A DNA stretch of 51,789 nucleotides. It comes from Tubiluchus corallicola. Taxonomy: Eukaryota > Animalia > Priapulida. The first letter of the stretch is position 1, and every line of letters begins with the position of its first letter. The notes below the pieces were generated by a model, which saw only the letters and a list, made by a program, of their open reading frames with translations, made no database searches and had not been told where the DNA came from. The position numbers and the translations under genes were made by a program. Shown here piece by piece: positions 13,850 to 31,032 of this stretch. The stretch is from the NCBI GenBank assembly GCA_030141605.1, contig JAQGDQ010001254.1, forward strand, positions 1 to 51,789, read 5' to 3'.

Positions 13850-14075
13850 CTGGACTGAGAGGTACAACACCTGTTTTTTGCGCAATGCATTTCCGAAATA
13901 CATGCGCTAGTGCCCGCCTAACTAGCGAACGTAAAATTGTGTTTGAGTGGTAATAATTTTTTCACGTAAGTTATTTTTGAAAAAAAAGTTGTATGTTTCC
14001 TTTTAATATTTTAAAGAGTAGGTTGTCTTGACCTACAGTTTAAGATTGGGTTTTGCTTTAACTTGATGAATACAG
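13850..14075 (+). repeat. Fragment of an old dispersed repeat family (also ~34650-34891 -, ~43600-44010 +, ~48010-48430 -)
   Basis: Shared blocks TTTTTTG.GCAATGCATTT, TTTCACGTAAGT, GAGTAG.TTGT.TTGAC.TACAGTTTAAGATTGGGT and TATATCACACTGAATGTTGTACAGTA. Confidence 0.75.
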
Positions 14076-14399
14076 GTAAAGTTAAACTCTTGCTAAAATT
14101 GCAAAATATTCGAAGTCAATATTTGCTGATTGACTTTTTTGAGTAGTATAATAAATAGCTTACGAAAGCAAGTTTTTATTGTTTTAAGTAACACACATTC
14201 TTCTACATTGACCGTGGGCGAGTACACTAGGGTAAATGTTTACTCTGTACAGATTGTTTACCAACCAAATGCATCAATCATTGTCCATATTGAATCCGCC
14301 TAAATAATTTCCTCTTTCTGTGCTCGCGAACAGAAGTTTCATCGTCTGGATCATTTGGGGTGTGAAATCGAGTTATGGTGATTGGTGATACATGTTGTG

Positions 14400-14746
14400 G
14401 AGATGCAGTCAAGGCCCATGCTGACGTATAATTCAGGCCTAGGATTATAGCGTGGTGCAGATGCAGTCAAGGCCTATGCTGACGTATAATTTAGGTTTAG
14501 GATTTTAGCGTGGTGCAGATGCAGTCAAGGCCTATGCTGACGTATAATTTAGGCCTAGGATTATAGCGTGGTGCAGATGCAGTCAAGGCCTATGCTGACG
14601 TATAATTTAGGCCTAGGATTTTAGCGTGGTGCAGATGCAGTCAAGGCCTATGCTGACGTATAATTCAGGCCTAGGGTTTTAGCGTGGTGCAGATGCAGTC
14701 AAGGCCTATGCTGACGTATAATTTAGGCCTACGATGTTAGCGTGGT
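14400..14746. repeat. 58-bp minisatellite, 6 copies
   Basis: AGATGCAGTCAAGGCC recurs at 14401, 14459, 14517 and onward. Confidence 0.95.
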
Positions 14747-14848
14747 TTGTTTGCATAATAGGGCCTAGAGCTGAGGTGAACATGTGAGCACTTTTGTGCC
14801 GTGGAAGTTAAACCTATATTTTCCTGTGTTAATCAAAAACGCTATTAA

Positions 14849-15151
14849 CTATAGGTTTTACATGTCAAATGTAGACCTGCGTTAACTCAAATGTAAATTT
14901 AGGTAATTCAAGTGTGTCTTGGTAACTCAAATGTAGACTTAGGTAGTAATAATGCTTTTTAAGAAATCTTAAGCGTTTTTCGTAAGCCAAATGTAGACAC
15001 ATGTCAATTCAAATGTCCTATGTCTACATTTGACTTACCTAAGTCACATTTGAGTTACCAAAACACATTCGAAATTCCTATGTCTACATTTGACTTACCT
15101 TAGTCACATTTGAACTTTCCTGTGTCTACATTTGACGTGTAAAACCTATAG
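14849..15151. mobile_element. Palindromic MITE, copy 2
   Basis: CTATAGGTTTTTACATGTCAAATGTAGAC ... GTCTACATTTGACGTGTAAAACCTATAG. Confidence 0.9.
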
Positions 15152-16159
15152 TTGCGAATTATTTTTGAAACCAAACTGCTTTATTTATACTCTGAAAAGT
15201 GAAAGGATTATGCAGCTTATATGAGCTTATATTCAGACTTGAAAGCAAAAACTTGTCTACCTAGTTAAATCGCGTGACCTATATGAGGCATTTCAAAATG
15301 TTTGTCGATTTGTTCAAGCAGCAGAAGACAAACTAGAAGCAGACATAACCATGGCCACCCGCTGTTTACTTATAATGGCTTAATTTCGTTTTATAATGCC
15401 TTATATTTACTTACGATGCTTAATTTCCTTGCAAATATCCTGATCACTAAACTATTCTTATCTCTTCAAACTTTTTTATTTTTTGTTACATTTGCTGTAC
15501 TGTACAACACAACAGAAATGTTGGGAGCAGAAATTTGCAATTGTTAAGCTTTTCCTCAGAAAAAAATTATAAAATTTTCCGACTTGCGTGTTGCGTTCTG
15601 ACCTGGTCTTGACACTAACTTTAAAAAGATCTATTTTTGTGTGAAAAAACCTCGATCTGACAGCGTTTATACGTCATAGGAAACATCGCTTAAAAACCGG
15701 TTTCAGTGACACCAATGATAAAATACCAAACTGTCTAGGCTTGCCGAACTGAAAAGTTTCTATAAGGGTAAGTCTTAAATTCCAAAACTTACTGCATGAA
15801 TGCTTACTAAATGGAACACTGCAAAAAAGAGAAAAAACTACTGACTAAGAGATTTAGGCGTGTACTTTGGTTTGTGTTAGCGTAGCAATGTGAACAATGG
15901 TATTGATGTAACTGTTTTGTTGGGAATTTGCTGACATGACAATGGCGTATTGATGTTGTTACGGGATTATACGGGATGAATATTCACGGGATACTGTTGC
16001 TAGGCTCGTTATTAAAGAAAAAAGGCTAATTTACAACAAATGTAGAATTATAATGCTCGTTGGCTGCACGTTTTCGTTAAAAAACCGCGGAAATTAGATG
16101 ATTTTGAGTGGCTGTGTAAATTTACTGCGGCAGTAGATTTGACTTCTGAGCAGAAACGA

Positions 16160-16450
16160 TGATTCCAGTGCGCATGCGCGTTTTGTGAAGCCAATGGGAA
16201 GCCAGCAGAGCTCTGTGATGTGCGAAATCAGAGTCTTGTAAACTCGAAGCGGTTGAGTCTGTTGAATGTCTATGATTCTCCCATTCGCGTGTAGTAAGTA
16301 CGACTTACGTGCGATACGGAAATTTTTCGTTAACTTATTGGGATAAATCTAGAACTGCAACAAATAGTTTCAAAACTCATTTACTGTAGGAAGTTTTGAG
16401 GAGAAGTTTTTACCTCACTTTACGCCAGAGAGATTGGATTAAAGGTATGT
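16160..16450 (+). promoter_or_regulatory. Candidate promoter and non-coding first exon
   Basis: NRF1-type TGCGCATGCGC at 16169-16179, CCAAT at 16191-16195, locally CpG-rich unique sequence, and donor AAAG|GTATGT at 16444/16445. Confidence 0.5.
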
Positions 16451-16876
16451 TGAACTTTTCTTACTTGTCCCTTTTTAGCGGGTTTTTTCTTTTGTCTGTT
16501 GTTTAATTTGTAACGCTATAGATGTTCCATACATGGTGACTAAGGGAACTTATGTATTTAGATATTTAGATATTAGTGTCGAAAATACATACAAGACGTA
16601 CATCAATTTTGAAATACACAAAAACAAGACATATATACAATTTCAATTATATGTATAATAATGATACTATAATTATACAAACAAAACAATTACTAGATAA
16701 TAGTATCTAGTATTAACTATTAATCTATACTAATTACAATAATAAGTGGCATTTCTATTATAATCTTTGTTTCACAAAAATTACGAGGTTTCAAAATAAA
16801 CATTATTACATAAAGAAGATACATATTTGAAGTAAGCTTGCAGTAAAGTTTTAATAGAAAGAAAAAAATGTGTTAA

Positions 16877-17335
16877 AGGACAAGAAAAGAGGCACCTGAA
16901 GTAGGTTTCAGAAAAATCGCTTTAAAAATTATATTACTTTATAGCAATTTTATGCGTATATCGTACTCGCGTTGAAAGGATTTTTTGTTTGTTTTCATTT
17001 CAAACTTCCCGCGACACTGTTCCGACCGCGCCATTACATGACGTCATATACGCACAACATAAATCAGGGGAAGAAAAATACATGTTAAACTATGTGCCAA
17101 AAAACTTTCCATGCAAAATTGTATTACTATGCATTTCGTTTACCTGTTTGAAAGACTTATGCAACTAGAAAATAAAATTATTAATTATTTAAAATGTTTT
17201 CACCAATTGGCAAAATGTCGCTGACTCACCCTCCAGGGGTGATAGAGGCAATATTGAAAAAGGCAGTATGTTAGTGGCATAAAATTTCAAGACGAATTTC
17301 TTAAGCTTTATGTAAGTTGAGGGTTTTCTTGTGCC
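16877..17335. mobile_element. TTAA-flanked Kolobok-like MITE
   Basis: TTAA at 16873-16876 and 17336-17339, with ends AGGACAAGAAAA / TTTTCTTGTGCC. Related to 3883-7311. Confidence 0.7.
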
Positions 17336-17579
17336 TTAAGTGTTATTATAGTACAGAAAGTATTGCAGAAAAAAAGATTTTACCTCGTAAGTATGAAGCA
17401 CATACTTTGCATACCATTACTGTCAAATAAACTCAGCCCTGGATTAATCAGTAATCAAAATAAACACGTGCTCAGGGAAAGGGGCCTTCACACAGTTTTT
17501 TTTCAAATCGAATACTTACACAAAAGCAAAAAATACCGGAATATGTGTGACAGTTTTCGTGTTTGTTTACAATAATGCT

Positions 17580-17935
17580 CAACAGGTTACTGAACACTTT
17601 ATAATCATGATCACAGTTTTTCTTAGTTCTCGCTCCATTTCATCTTTCATTCACTACTCCCCCCCGCCACTTTTATGTATATATTATCATTATTTCAATT
17701 ATTAATCATTTTTTTAAGATTTCCACGTACAGTTTGGCCTGTCAAGCTATGCTTTTAGGCTCAAACTGTATGCATCAAAATTATTCTGTAATGTAATTTG
17801 CACATGTATATGCTGCATTTTGTAATTTCTGGATAATACTGCATTTATATTTATATTTACTTCAGTGCAATTATCTGTATTTTATTATAATTGTTAGATG
17901 CAGAGTGGAAATAAATAAACTTATAACTTATAACC
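17580..17935 (+). mobile_element. LINE 3' UTR remnant inserted in a MITE copy
   Basis: Stem TACAGTTTG...CAAACTGTA, then AATAAA and a short (CTTATAA) tail. It splits the host MITE at GTTTACAAT | ATGACGGCA. Confidence 0.55.
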
Positions 17936-18489
17936 TAATTATGACGGCACGGATTGGCATCGAACTTCCCAGCTACTGAGCAGCCTGAGCTGCTCACTGA
18001 CCACAATTATGATGACATAGAGTGATTTAAATAACGCGTCGTAATACATTTCAAGTGTGGTACTGCTTATACAAATGTGGTATGAGTAATTTGAGTACGT
18101 GGACGCACATATTTACACACATTTATGTAAAATAAAAGAATCAGTACTGGATTAATAATTGAGTGAAATTAGCACGTGCTTAGGGCCACAGGGGGAAGAG
18201 GGACAGTTTTTTAAATCGAATAATTACCCTCCCCCCAAATGTACTGGATTATATGATCCGGTTTCTGTGTTTGTTTACGATATGATGGTCGAGTGGGCAT
18301 CGAGATTCTGGTTACTGAACACCCTGAGCTTCTCAGTGTCCCTATGATGACAATGATCGATTATGTAATGTCGTCTCTGTATTTTTAGTGAAATATCGCT
18401 TTTTGATGCAAATCTGATGTCTTAGCATTTCCGGTGAATGAATGTTCACAGCAAAGTTTTTTTCATATTTCTTCTTTTTCTTCAAAATC

Positions 18490-18955
18490 TCATTCCATCT
18501 ATTGTAGACATTGAAGCATCAACATTTGTTAGAGTATTCAGCCCACTTGTATCTGCAGCCAACAGTGTAAGTTCTTCTACTCCCAAAGATGGATTTGGTT
18601 TAAGTTGTTGAACATCTTTATTTATCTTAGCTATCCAAGTTGTTTTTGGTTCGCCAGGTGGTTATAAGGTTTCCTTTAAGGCGATTCTTACTGATGCTTC
18701 ATTTGATAATCTTAGAAGATTTCCTAGCCATCTTAATCTTCGAATCTTGACTTTTGAGCTACAATAAATTTCTTTTGTTCTGGTGTATAAATCTTCATTT
18801 TTGATTATGTATGGCCGTCTTATCTTTAAAGCTTTCCTAAGAAGACTTCTATGAAATGTGTCAATCTGCTTTTCTTGAGTAATCGTTAAATTCCAAATTT
18901 CGCTGTTGTACATAAATATGCTGGTAACGTAAGCATTAAATAATCAAAGTCTTAT
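18490..18955 (-). mobile_element. RTE-like LINE ORF2 C-terminal fragment (pseudogenised)
   Basis: YNSEIW...QIDTFHRSLLRKAL...IKNEDLY...RRLRWLGNLLRL...PKTTW, the conserved post-RT region of RTE-group LINEs. Confidence 0.85.
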
Positions 18956-19639
18956 GTTAAGATTTTATTTTTCATACAGAAAGATAAAATTACATTTCAC
19001 AGTTAGTATTGTTTTTTTTCTGAATTATACATATATAAGAGTACCACTGTCTTTTCACTGCTTAGCAGCTCTCGAGAACCTCTCTTTTCACTGTTTAGGA
19101 GCTCTCGAGAACTTCTCTTTTCACTGTTTAGGAGTTCTAAACTACTGCAACCTACAACCTACACCTTTTTTCACATGTTTCATGACACCTGGTTTCTTCG
19201 AGACATTCGAGTTTCTATTGTTTTGTGCTGATAAGCAAAAAGTTTGGAAGTTTATAAACCGTATTTCATGTTTCGGGGGGGGGGGGGCAGGCTATTAACA
19301 GGCTATCCATAGATAGTCATAAGACAGCAGATGTTGACAGGTAAACCCAGTAATAGTACAGGTTGTACTTTTTGCACAGGAAAAATACTTTCACCTATAG
19401 ATAGGATCGTTACAGTAATTAGAAAAAAGTGCTTGTTATACGCAATGAAAACTTTATGTCTTTACGTTGAGAGCAAAGATCATTAATTATGCTTTAATAA
19501 AAGTGAAAATTTCATCAAGCATAATTAAGTCTAGAAACTGTTTAATTTTTGATTTTAATGAAAGCGTTTTTGTTGATGTATACTGTGCAATGCGAAGAAT
19601 TTATGACTCGTGTTTGAAATACTCGATGTTTGAGTCACA

Positions 19640-21770
<2,131 letters not shown>

Positions 21771-22898
21771 GATTAGTATGATTTAGATTATATTTAGATT
21801 ATATTTAGATTTAGATTAAGATTTAGATTAGATTTTATTTTAATTCAGTACTTGTCGCAGATTAGAGCACTTAATTTACAGTTTATTATTAATTTTGATT
21901 TGTAGTTTTAAACTTTAATTTTACATTACCACTAAGTCAGTGCTGACATCTGTTAGTACACTTTGTAGTTTTCAATATATATATGTACTTGCTACTGATA
22001 TATATTTATATGTAACTGGGTTACTGGGCTTCTCTGTGAATGTAGTAGATTTTTTACACTTGGTAGCAAGATTAGAAGACAAGCAATGGGTTTAAACAGT
22101 TGTGTGGTCAAAACAACATTCAAACTCCGATACCATGATATGTTGGCTGATGGATTTACGTTGACTTTGGTTTACTACTGTTGATTATGTTTACTATTTT
22201 TGTGTATACGTAGATTGACTATGAGACTATGATTTTCAGTAAAATACGGATCGCAAAGTTAAACCATGTTTTTATCCATTGATTTCATCTGTTTAACACG
22301 AACATCGCAACTTGAAAAACAGTCTAATAAACCCGCCAATGTCGGTTGTTGGCGATACCCCAGCGACAACTCCAGCGTCACGACGGTACTCACAGTACCA
22401 GCATTATCTCGTGTTTGAGATACTCATCCTTGCTCTATTGTTTACGTCACTCGTTGCCTCATCTCAGTGGTAATTAATGAATCGAAATACCAACCTAAAT
22501 AACAGATTTTCGCGTTTGCTCGCCAAACATTTACAACAACACAATGAAAAATTAGGGATTTTATTATCGCTGCACGAAAGCTCTGCTTTCAGATCAAATT
22601 GCTCCGCCATGAATTGTTAACCGAGGAAACCTGTCCGCGGAAAACTTATGAAATAACAAAAAATCCCATTTTACACAGAATGGCGCAGAAATGATGTACG
22701 TTTGAACAATGTGCATACGTGGGCAAGATTTCCTCACACACGGGAAATTAGTCCCAGAAGCGGATAAGGATTAGGGTTAGGGATACGGACAGCGATAGGG
22801 TAGGGCTAGGGTTAGGGTTAGGGTTTTGGGAGCATTGTAAACTCGATGTAAAGTACGCTTATAAATCCACGCTTTTATGTCAAATAAAACGGTCAGTA

Positions 22899-24094
<1,196 letters not shown>

Positions 24095-25120
24095 AATGAA
24101 CAAGATGGTTCACTATATGCTCTCTGAGATCATAGACGACTTCCTATAACACCTCAAACTTTTCAGTGCTTACGGTCTCTCGAGATCTTAATGTGGCTCT
24201 GAATGAACAAGATTATTCACTATATGCTCTCTGAGATCATAGACGCCCTCCTATACCACCTCATATAAGACCTTCTATTCCTCGAGAGGAGAGTCTATGT
24301 GTCAAGTGTAACGAATTCGGTGGCGAATGTCATTTTGTTCTATTTTGCTCTAAACATAACACTGCCCGCAACTTCTCTGTAAATACAATCACGCGTTCTA
24401 TTCCAGACTTTTTAAATATTGACTAGCAAAGGCCCCGCAAAAAATGTTGCTTATAAATACACTTATAATCAAAAATGCGCGAAGATTCTACCTAGTGTTT
24501 GTCTGTTTATCTAACGCAAAGCCATCAGCTTTTACTGAATTAAAGTTATAAGCAGAGTTTAATGGATGACGTCACAACAATTGCTTTGCGTCAGCAGTTG
24601 TCTAAGCGAAAATTGCCGAAAATAGAACATGTAATTAACTCCTCGCTACTCCTCTCAGTGGACGTGTCCTAAAATGCAGCCCACATCATCGTGTAGCCCT
24701 GTTCTTGCTCTTTCTAAAGAGCCATATATCTCCTTCCGACAGTCCCACCAGGCGCCGCTAGAACGCATCCTGTTTGGTCAAAATTTCGAAAAAATCCAGA
24801 GTTGCCACTATTCAATGTGCTGTAGCTAAGTTTGTTCACATTTGTATGTATGGATGCTTGTTGTTTGATCGGACCTATTGGCCAAAAATTAATAAATTAC
24901 TACTCGACCTAGAATTAAGTAGGTTTTTGAATTTATCTGGCTTGTTGTTGCGTCCGAACTGTCACAGTTTTTGAGTTATAATAAATCTTAAACATTCCGG
25001 GTAAAGTCAGTTGCTCCGTTAAAACCTGCTCACTGAATAAAATAAAAACAAGCATCATAGGTTGTTGTAATTTTGCTGATAATGAAACGGGAAACCAGGC
25101 ATGTCTTAAAAAATTTTTTG

Positions 25121-25320
<200 letters not shown>

Positions 25321-25841
25321 TTTAAAATTTAAATTAAAATTTTCTATTATTCGCACTAAAACGCTCAACGTACCACTAGCGTCATCTATTGGAAATTATT
25401 ATAAGTTGTTTCTCTACCAAACAATTTGTGCACTACTTACTTACATTGACAACTAATTAAATTTTATTGAACAGCTAACTTTTTAAATCATGTTAGCATT
25501 AGCCATTTTCTACATTATTGTTATCGCTGATTTTTTACAACGCGTTTAACAAAAATACGGAAATTTTAATGGTTGAACAATGTTCGAAAATGTCATTAAT
25601 GTGTCGGAGGTAGAACATTAAGTAGTGGCATACGACGGTAGACTTTGATAATATGGGCCGGATTAAAGGTTTCAAACTCACGAAGGACCAAAACGTATTA
25701 GCTATGCACAAATATTCACCCCCAATTGTACTATACTACCGATCCTGAAATCCGCCGGAAGTGAATATAGTTTCCTAGTTTATGTTTTTAATAACTTGAC
25801 GTTTTATATAAACATGTTTTAAGAACATTGTTTCATGCAGC

Positions 25842-26071
25842 TGTTATCGCTCAAAGAAACAGAATTTGCCGTGAAATGAATATTCCTGAGTAGTGAAATT
25901 GTTGGACTATTTAGTGTGGAATTAGTCCGCGTCTGGAGCGCGGGAGTTTGGGGGATGATAAAAAGACGATGATAGATTGTAGAATGTGGATTTAAGACGG
26001 TTGTGAATAAACTGTTAATTTTATATTTTAATTGTGAGTTACATCTTTCAACGTGGTGTCAGAAGTGGGAT
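25842..26071 (+). mobile_element. LTR remnant followed by a tRNA-Leu primer binding site
   Basis: TGGTGTCAGAAGTGGGAT at 26054-26071 is complementary to a tRNA-Leu 3' end. An upstream AATAAA and a TGTTA...CAAC boundary are present. The left boundary is approximate. Confidence 0.7.
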
Positions 26072-26733
26072 GAGGCCAGCATCATGATTAATACTGGCTT
26101 CCTGGGGAGTCGAGCCCTCTCCAAAAATTATAGTGTCATCACGTGCATTTTCTACACCCTGCAGGTCATCAAGTACTTCATGCCTACGTTTTTGGAGCTG
26201 CCGAGATTCCATGTGGAAGGCGAAACCAGCGATAGCGCCCCCACGGTGTCTGCATTGTAGTTAGCAAACTAGACTTTTCATCAAGAGTGACTTGTGTGAA
26301 GCCACCCAAAACATCTATAATTGTAAAGCGTTTGCACTTTCAACTGAACCATTTCCCATTGAGAACTCAATGTGTCTCAGTGCTACGAATAACAGTCAGC
26401 TTTAGATGGTAGAACAAGTGTTCTTCCTTCAAATCCGAATTCTCTTTATAAAGGTTTTGTTAGTTTTTATCTATTCCGTTTTAGCAGGCACTATTATTAA
26501 TTTTAAAATTATTAAAAGTTATTAGCAAGTCGCCGTGCCAAGAAACACTTTAACTGTAGCCAATAAAAACGACGATGCAGTGGCTAAGTAGTTTTTGAAT
26601 ATTGAAATATTAAATTCTGGAAATTTAAAATAGAATTATTTGCCCTGAAAATAAGTGGCTTTTACTATAAAATAGGTACAAGAAAAAAGATACTTGCCTC
26701 CCTGCTCCCCCCCATACGCTTATACAGCTTATA

Positions 26734-27076
26734 CAGAAGGCGCCGCTTAATAGATTCAATCGCTTAATTGACTTAAAAACGTCTGAAACGGGCCGCTTCT
26801 ATTCACATATACATAAAAACTATCGGCAATTGACTCAAATAACTCCGCATAATTGATTCAATATTTTTCCTTCACCTAGTTATAATAAGATATTTTTATG
26901 TGCTAAAAGAACCTTTCCTGCTTTTATGTCATCTTTATTAAAATTCATTTTTAACCTTTGCAGTGCATAAATAGTAAGCTGATGGCTCATACTTCTATAC
27001 CTGTAAACTACACCCGTCGATTAATTGGTTCAAAACCTGTTGGTCTCAAAGTGAGTCTATTAAGCGGCGCCTACTG
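26734..27076. mobile_element. Tc1/mariner-pogo-type MITE
   Basis: TIR CAGAAGGCGCCGCTTAATAGA / TCTATTAAGCGGCGCCTACTG, flanked by TA on both sides. Confidence 0.9.
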
Positions 27077-27148
27077 TACTTATTCCACGATTCGTCCATT
27101 TTGCTCATGTCCTTGCTCCGTACTATTGAATGTCAACATTTTTCACAG

Positions 27149-27232
27149 TTCTGCATTACATCATTCTACGAGGAGCTTGGCAACCTATCAATCCGCCTCC
27201 TGTAGTCTTCAAGCGCACAAAGAAAACGTGTT
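27149..27232 (+). other. Candidate 84-nt internal exon (coding status unknown)
   Basis: TTTTTCACAG acceptor and GTAAGT donor. Length is a multiple of 3, and two frames are open (e.g. LHYIILRGAWQPINPPPVVFKRTKKTC). Confidence 0.5.
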
Positions 27233-27531
27233 GTAAGTGAGAAAACTGCGGTCAGAACCTTCTAGTCGTTAACAAGCCTCTTTGTAAAGCGTCTGATAAT
27301 GAGATAACGTTTTTCTCTGCGTTTGCTTCCATACAACCCTGGAATGTTAAGCGCGAAGCTGTTTAGTTAAAAACCCACAAGGGGAGGATATTATCGTAAA
27401 GTTATAGCAGTCAAATGTTTGAAGCAAACGAACAATTATTAATCAGAGCCATATTATCTAATTCGGTTTGACAAAAGCGGTTACGGTTAATTTTGTGCTT
27501 TACTAAGACAAAAGGATCGTTGCTGTTCATA

Positions 27532-27698
<167 letters not shown>

Positions 27699-27782
27699 GT
27701 GTGTGAGTGTGTTTATTGACTGATTAAGAGATAGTCGAACATGATATTTTTGGTTCAGTCTATAGATCACTACAAAAAAGGA

Positions 27783-27992
27783 CTTTTGATCATATAACAT
27801 GATCATTACTGTCAAAAAATAACTGAATAATTATTTACAAATTCTCACTACACACTTATTATCACATAACATGATCATTACTGTCCAAAAACAGCTCAAG
27901 GGTTATTTACAAATTCACGATAAACACTTTTGATCACATAACATGATCATTACTGTTCAAAAATCGCTAAAGAGTTATTTAGAAATTCACAA
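27783..27992. repeat. Three-copy ~71-bp tandem repeat
   Basis: ATAACATGATCATTACTGT occurs three times. Confidence 0.85.
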
Positions 27993-29844
27993 TATGACAT
28001 TGGGTTTCCATTGAAAAATTCATGCAGATCGTTGAAGTTCAGTTCAGTTGTTATCTTCACGAAGGTCTTCACGACAAAAACAGATAACATACATTTCACC
28101 AATTGCCATCTTTAATGTATGAAACCGATCTCAGTGTGAACGCAGCTAATTGGCGCTTAATAAGCCTTTTCACAGTTTCTTTGTGCGCACGAGCAGTTGC
28201 TGTAGCTCAAAAGTTAAGTATATCACAGAAACGCGTCTTAACTACAACCGTGACGTGACATGTGTGTAAAGCAAAGCCGCCTGCTGCATCAGTTCAGTAA
28301 GTTTACTTGTTATAGTCAGTTCAGTTACTTTACTTAGTTTTGCATTAGACTGTGCATAGAGTGATTTACTAGCAGGATCTTGCTTGGGAACAAGACTAGC
28401 TAGCTGTTAAAACTGTTAGCATTACAATAGCATGGGCTATGATGCATTGACAAGTGTTCACATATGCATTGTCTGGTTCACGTAACCTTTGACCTTTGAT
28501 CATCAGTCGCTCGAACTGTGAACAGGCTTATTGATACCTGCTTTATCAACATAATATAATATCAATTGGCATAATATAATATAATTGTAATATTTAACCA
28601 CAGTAAATACTGTTTACTATTATTATTACTATTATTGTGCTTTGTTGTGTATTATGTTGACGACTATACCCCATGGGCGGGGTTTTGTCTGTGCAGTATT
28701 TTCTACATTGCAATGTATTGCATTGTTTGTGTGATGTTTTGTAACTTGTAATTGCAATTGTAATTGTATTGATTGTAAATCGTCAATAAATAATATTATA
28801 TATCAAAATCCGATTACCAATTCCCTTCTCTTTTCTTCCTTCTTCATTTTCTCTTTTATTTCTTCATCTTATCCATTATTTCGTTCTCGCATCAGAAAAT
28901 TGTTTTTATTTCCCCGTCACGTTTACGCTGAGTTTCTCTCGGTAGTTATAACTGCATTCACGCGGCTTCGTCAGCACTATAGCGTCGTCTTAAGTAAACA
29001 AATCATCAAACAACGTAAAATTTACATCGAGGAATGTTGGCGTCTTATAAACACAAATGCATGAAGTCCAATAACAACCGAACGAGAAAGCCATTAAATT
29101 ACTACAGTCAACACGGCAAAAAGATTACTGATGTTTAGGCTTCTCTCGCCATGAATAGGCTTACGTCTGCGTGTGTTTGTTTAGTGTTGACTTGTTCTTT
29201 AAAAAAAAAACGTTTTTTTACAGCTTCAGTGCACAGACAATTAATTTTCTTGCTGTGTCTGTTCTTAGGAAGGGTTTTTCTTAGGGACATTCTTGTTACG
29301 CCGGGCCTATGAAAGGCGGGAGGGGTGTCTAAAAGGTACTTTAACCCAAGAGCTAAAAAGAGACCCACAGCTACATGCAGTACCCCCCCTCCCAACCCCC
29401 CTCGAGAACAAGTACTTTCTACTACCCCAAACTCAACATACACTTACATTCACATACTCAAACGTTACTATTCTTATCACACCACATTTGCTTCTTTTTA
29501 TTAGTATCAGTTATTAATGATTGTAGGCCTAGTTGTATAGTCATATTATAACATCAAGAGTGTCTACCTACAGACCGGGGCAGATTCATAGGTGTGTAAA
29601 TTAGCGTAATGACGTAACTTTTCACTATGAAAAAGCCCAAAAGATGATTAGTGAATGGAACCGTAAATACTGATTTATGTTGGTGCATGAATTGAACATG
29701 TTTGTTACATTGTGTTACATCATTAAGCATGTATGAGAGTTTATATGTAGATTTACTGGACACGAAAAATCTTTGCTTGCCTCGGGGACCCAAAGAGGTC
29801 TTGTACCGTCTTGTATAATTTCTGTTGGAGGCCCTGGCCTTATA

Positions 29845-30157
29845 TATAGGTTTTACACGTCAAATGTAGACCTACGTTAAGTGAAATGTAGATTTAGGTA
29901 ATTCAAATGTGTCTTGGTAACTCAAATGTAGACTTAGGTAGTTCAAATGTGTTAGCAATGGTTTTCAACAAATCTTAAGCGTTTTTGGTAAGTCAAATGC
30001 AGACACATGTGAAGTCAAATGCCCTATGTCTACATTTGACTTACCTAAGTCACATTTGAGTTACCAAAACACATTCGAAATTCCTATGTCTACATTTGAC
30101 TTACCTAAGTCACATTTGAACTTTCCAGTGTCTACATTTGATGTGTAAAACCTATAG
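29845..30157. mobile_element. Palindromic MITE, copy 3
   Basis: TATAGGTTTTACACGTCAAATGTAGAC ... GTCTACATTTGATGTGTAAAACCTATA. Confidence 0.9.
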
Positions 30158-31032
30158 TAGTTTTTGTCTGCATACCCGAAGTATCTGCTTTGAAACATGC
30201 TTTCTGAAACGTTTTGGAAAATGCGTTTGAAACGCTTCTAAGTTTTGCTTTTCTGTCCGTCCAACCCTTTGCTCTCATTAAAGGAAAACCGGATGATTGT
30301 GTAAACATTAGTTCAGAATAAAGAAATGCTCTAAGGTATTGAAAACTACAATAGCATTCTTTACATCAAAGCTTAGGTTAAATAATAATTACCTCGGATA
30401 CTCAAATTTTGTTAAACTTTCAAAGCTACGCGCGATTCAGTGAATCTACTAAGATTGGCAGCGTCGCCTTTTTGTTACGTTCCCGTGGCCTACAATTAGA
30501 AGGCGGTACCGTGATAACCATGATCATGAACTGCTGTGTTAGTTTCTGACGTCATAAGATGTAAAGCCCGTTTTTCGTGACAGAATGCGCTTAAACAGTA
30601 CTGTAACACTTATGCAAACGTGCTTGACGCGCAAGGGAAGACGCCTGCCATTGCAGGAATTGCAGTTAGTTTCTGACGTAAGCAATAGCTGTTTTCGGTT
30701 GCCGTTAATTAACTTTCTAAGCTAATTATTCCAATATAAAGAACAGTTTTTAACTTTTATAGGCAAAAAATGTATATTTTGGACAGTAAATTAGAATGAG
30801 ATTGAGTCTAAACAATCATCCGGTCTTACTTTAAGTGCATTTTGTTGTATACCACCATCAATATGTCTGTGCCAATGCATTTTGACTGTCTCAAAGTGCT
30901 CTGAGCCACAGTTCAGACATGAAAGTGGAAGCATAATCCAACAGCGTTCATCTATAGTCAAGTGGCATACTGCTGACATTATGCAGTTAAAGTTAAAGTT
31001 AAATTTTTAAAACTTTTTGTGAAGGGTGTTTT

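Noticed and set aside
22768-22826. True telomere or chromosome-fusion scar
   Set aside because: There are only a few interrupted TTAGGG units in one orientation.
29301-29836. hAT MITE (CCGGGCCT...AGGCCCTG)
   Set aside because: The ends match only weakly and no 8-bp TSD was found. Possible but not supportable.
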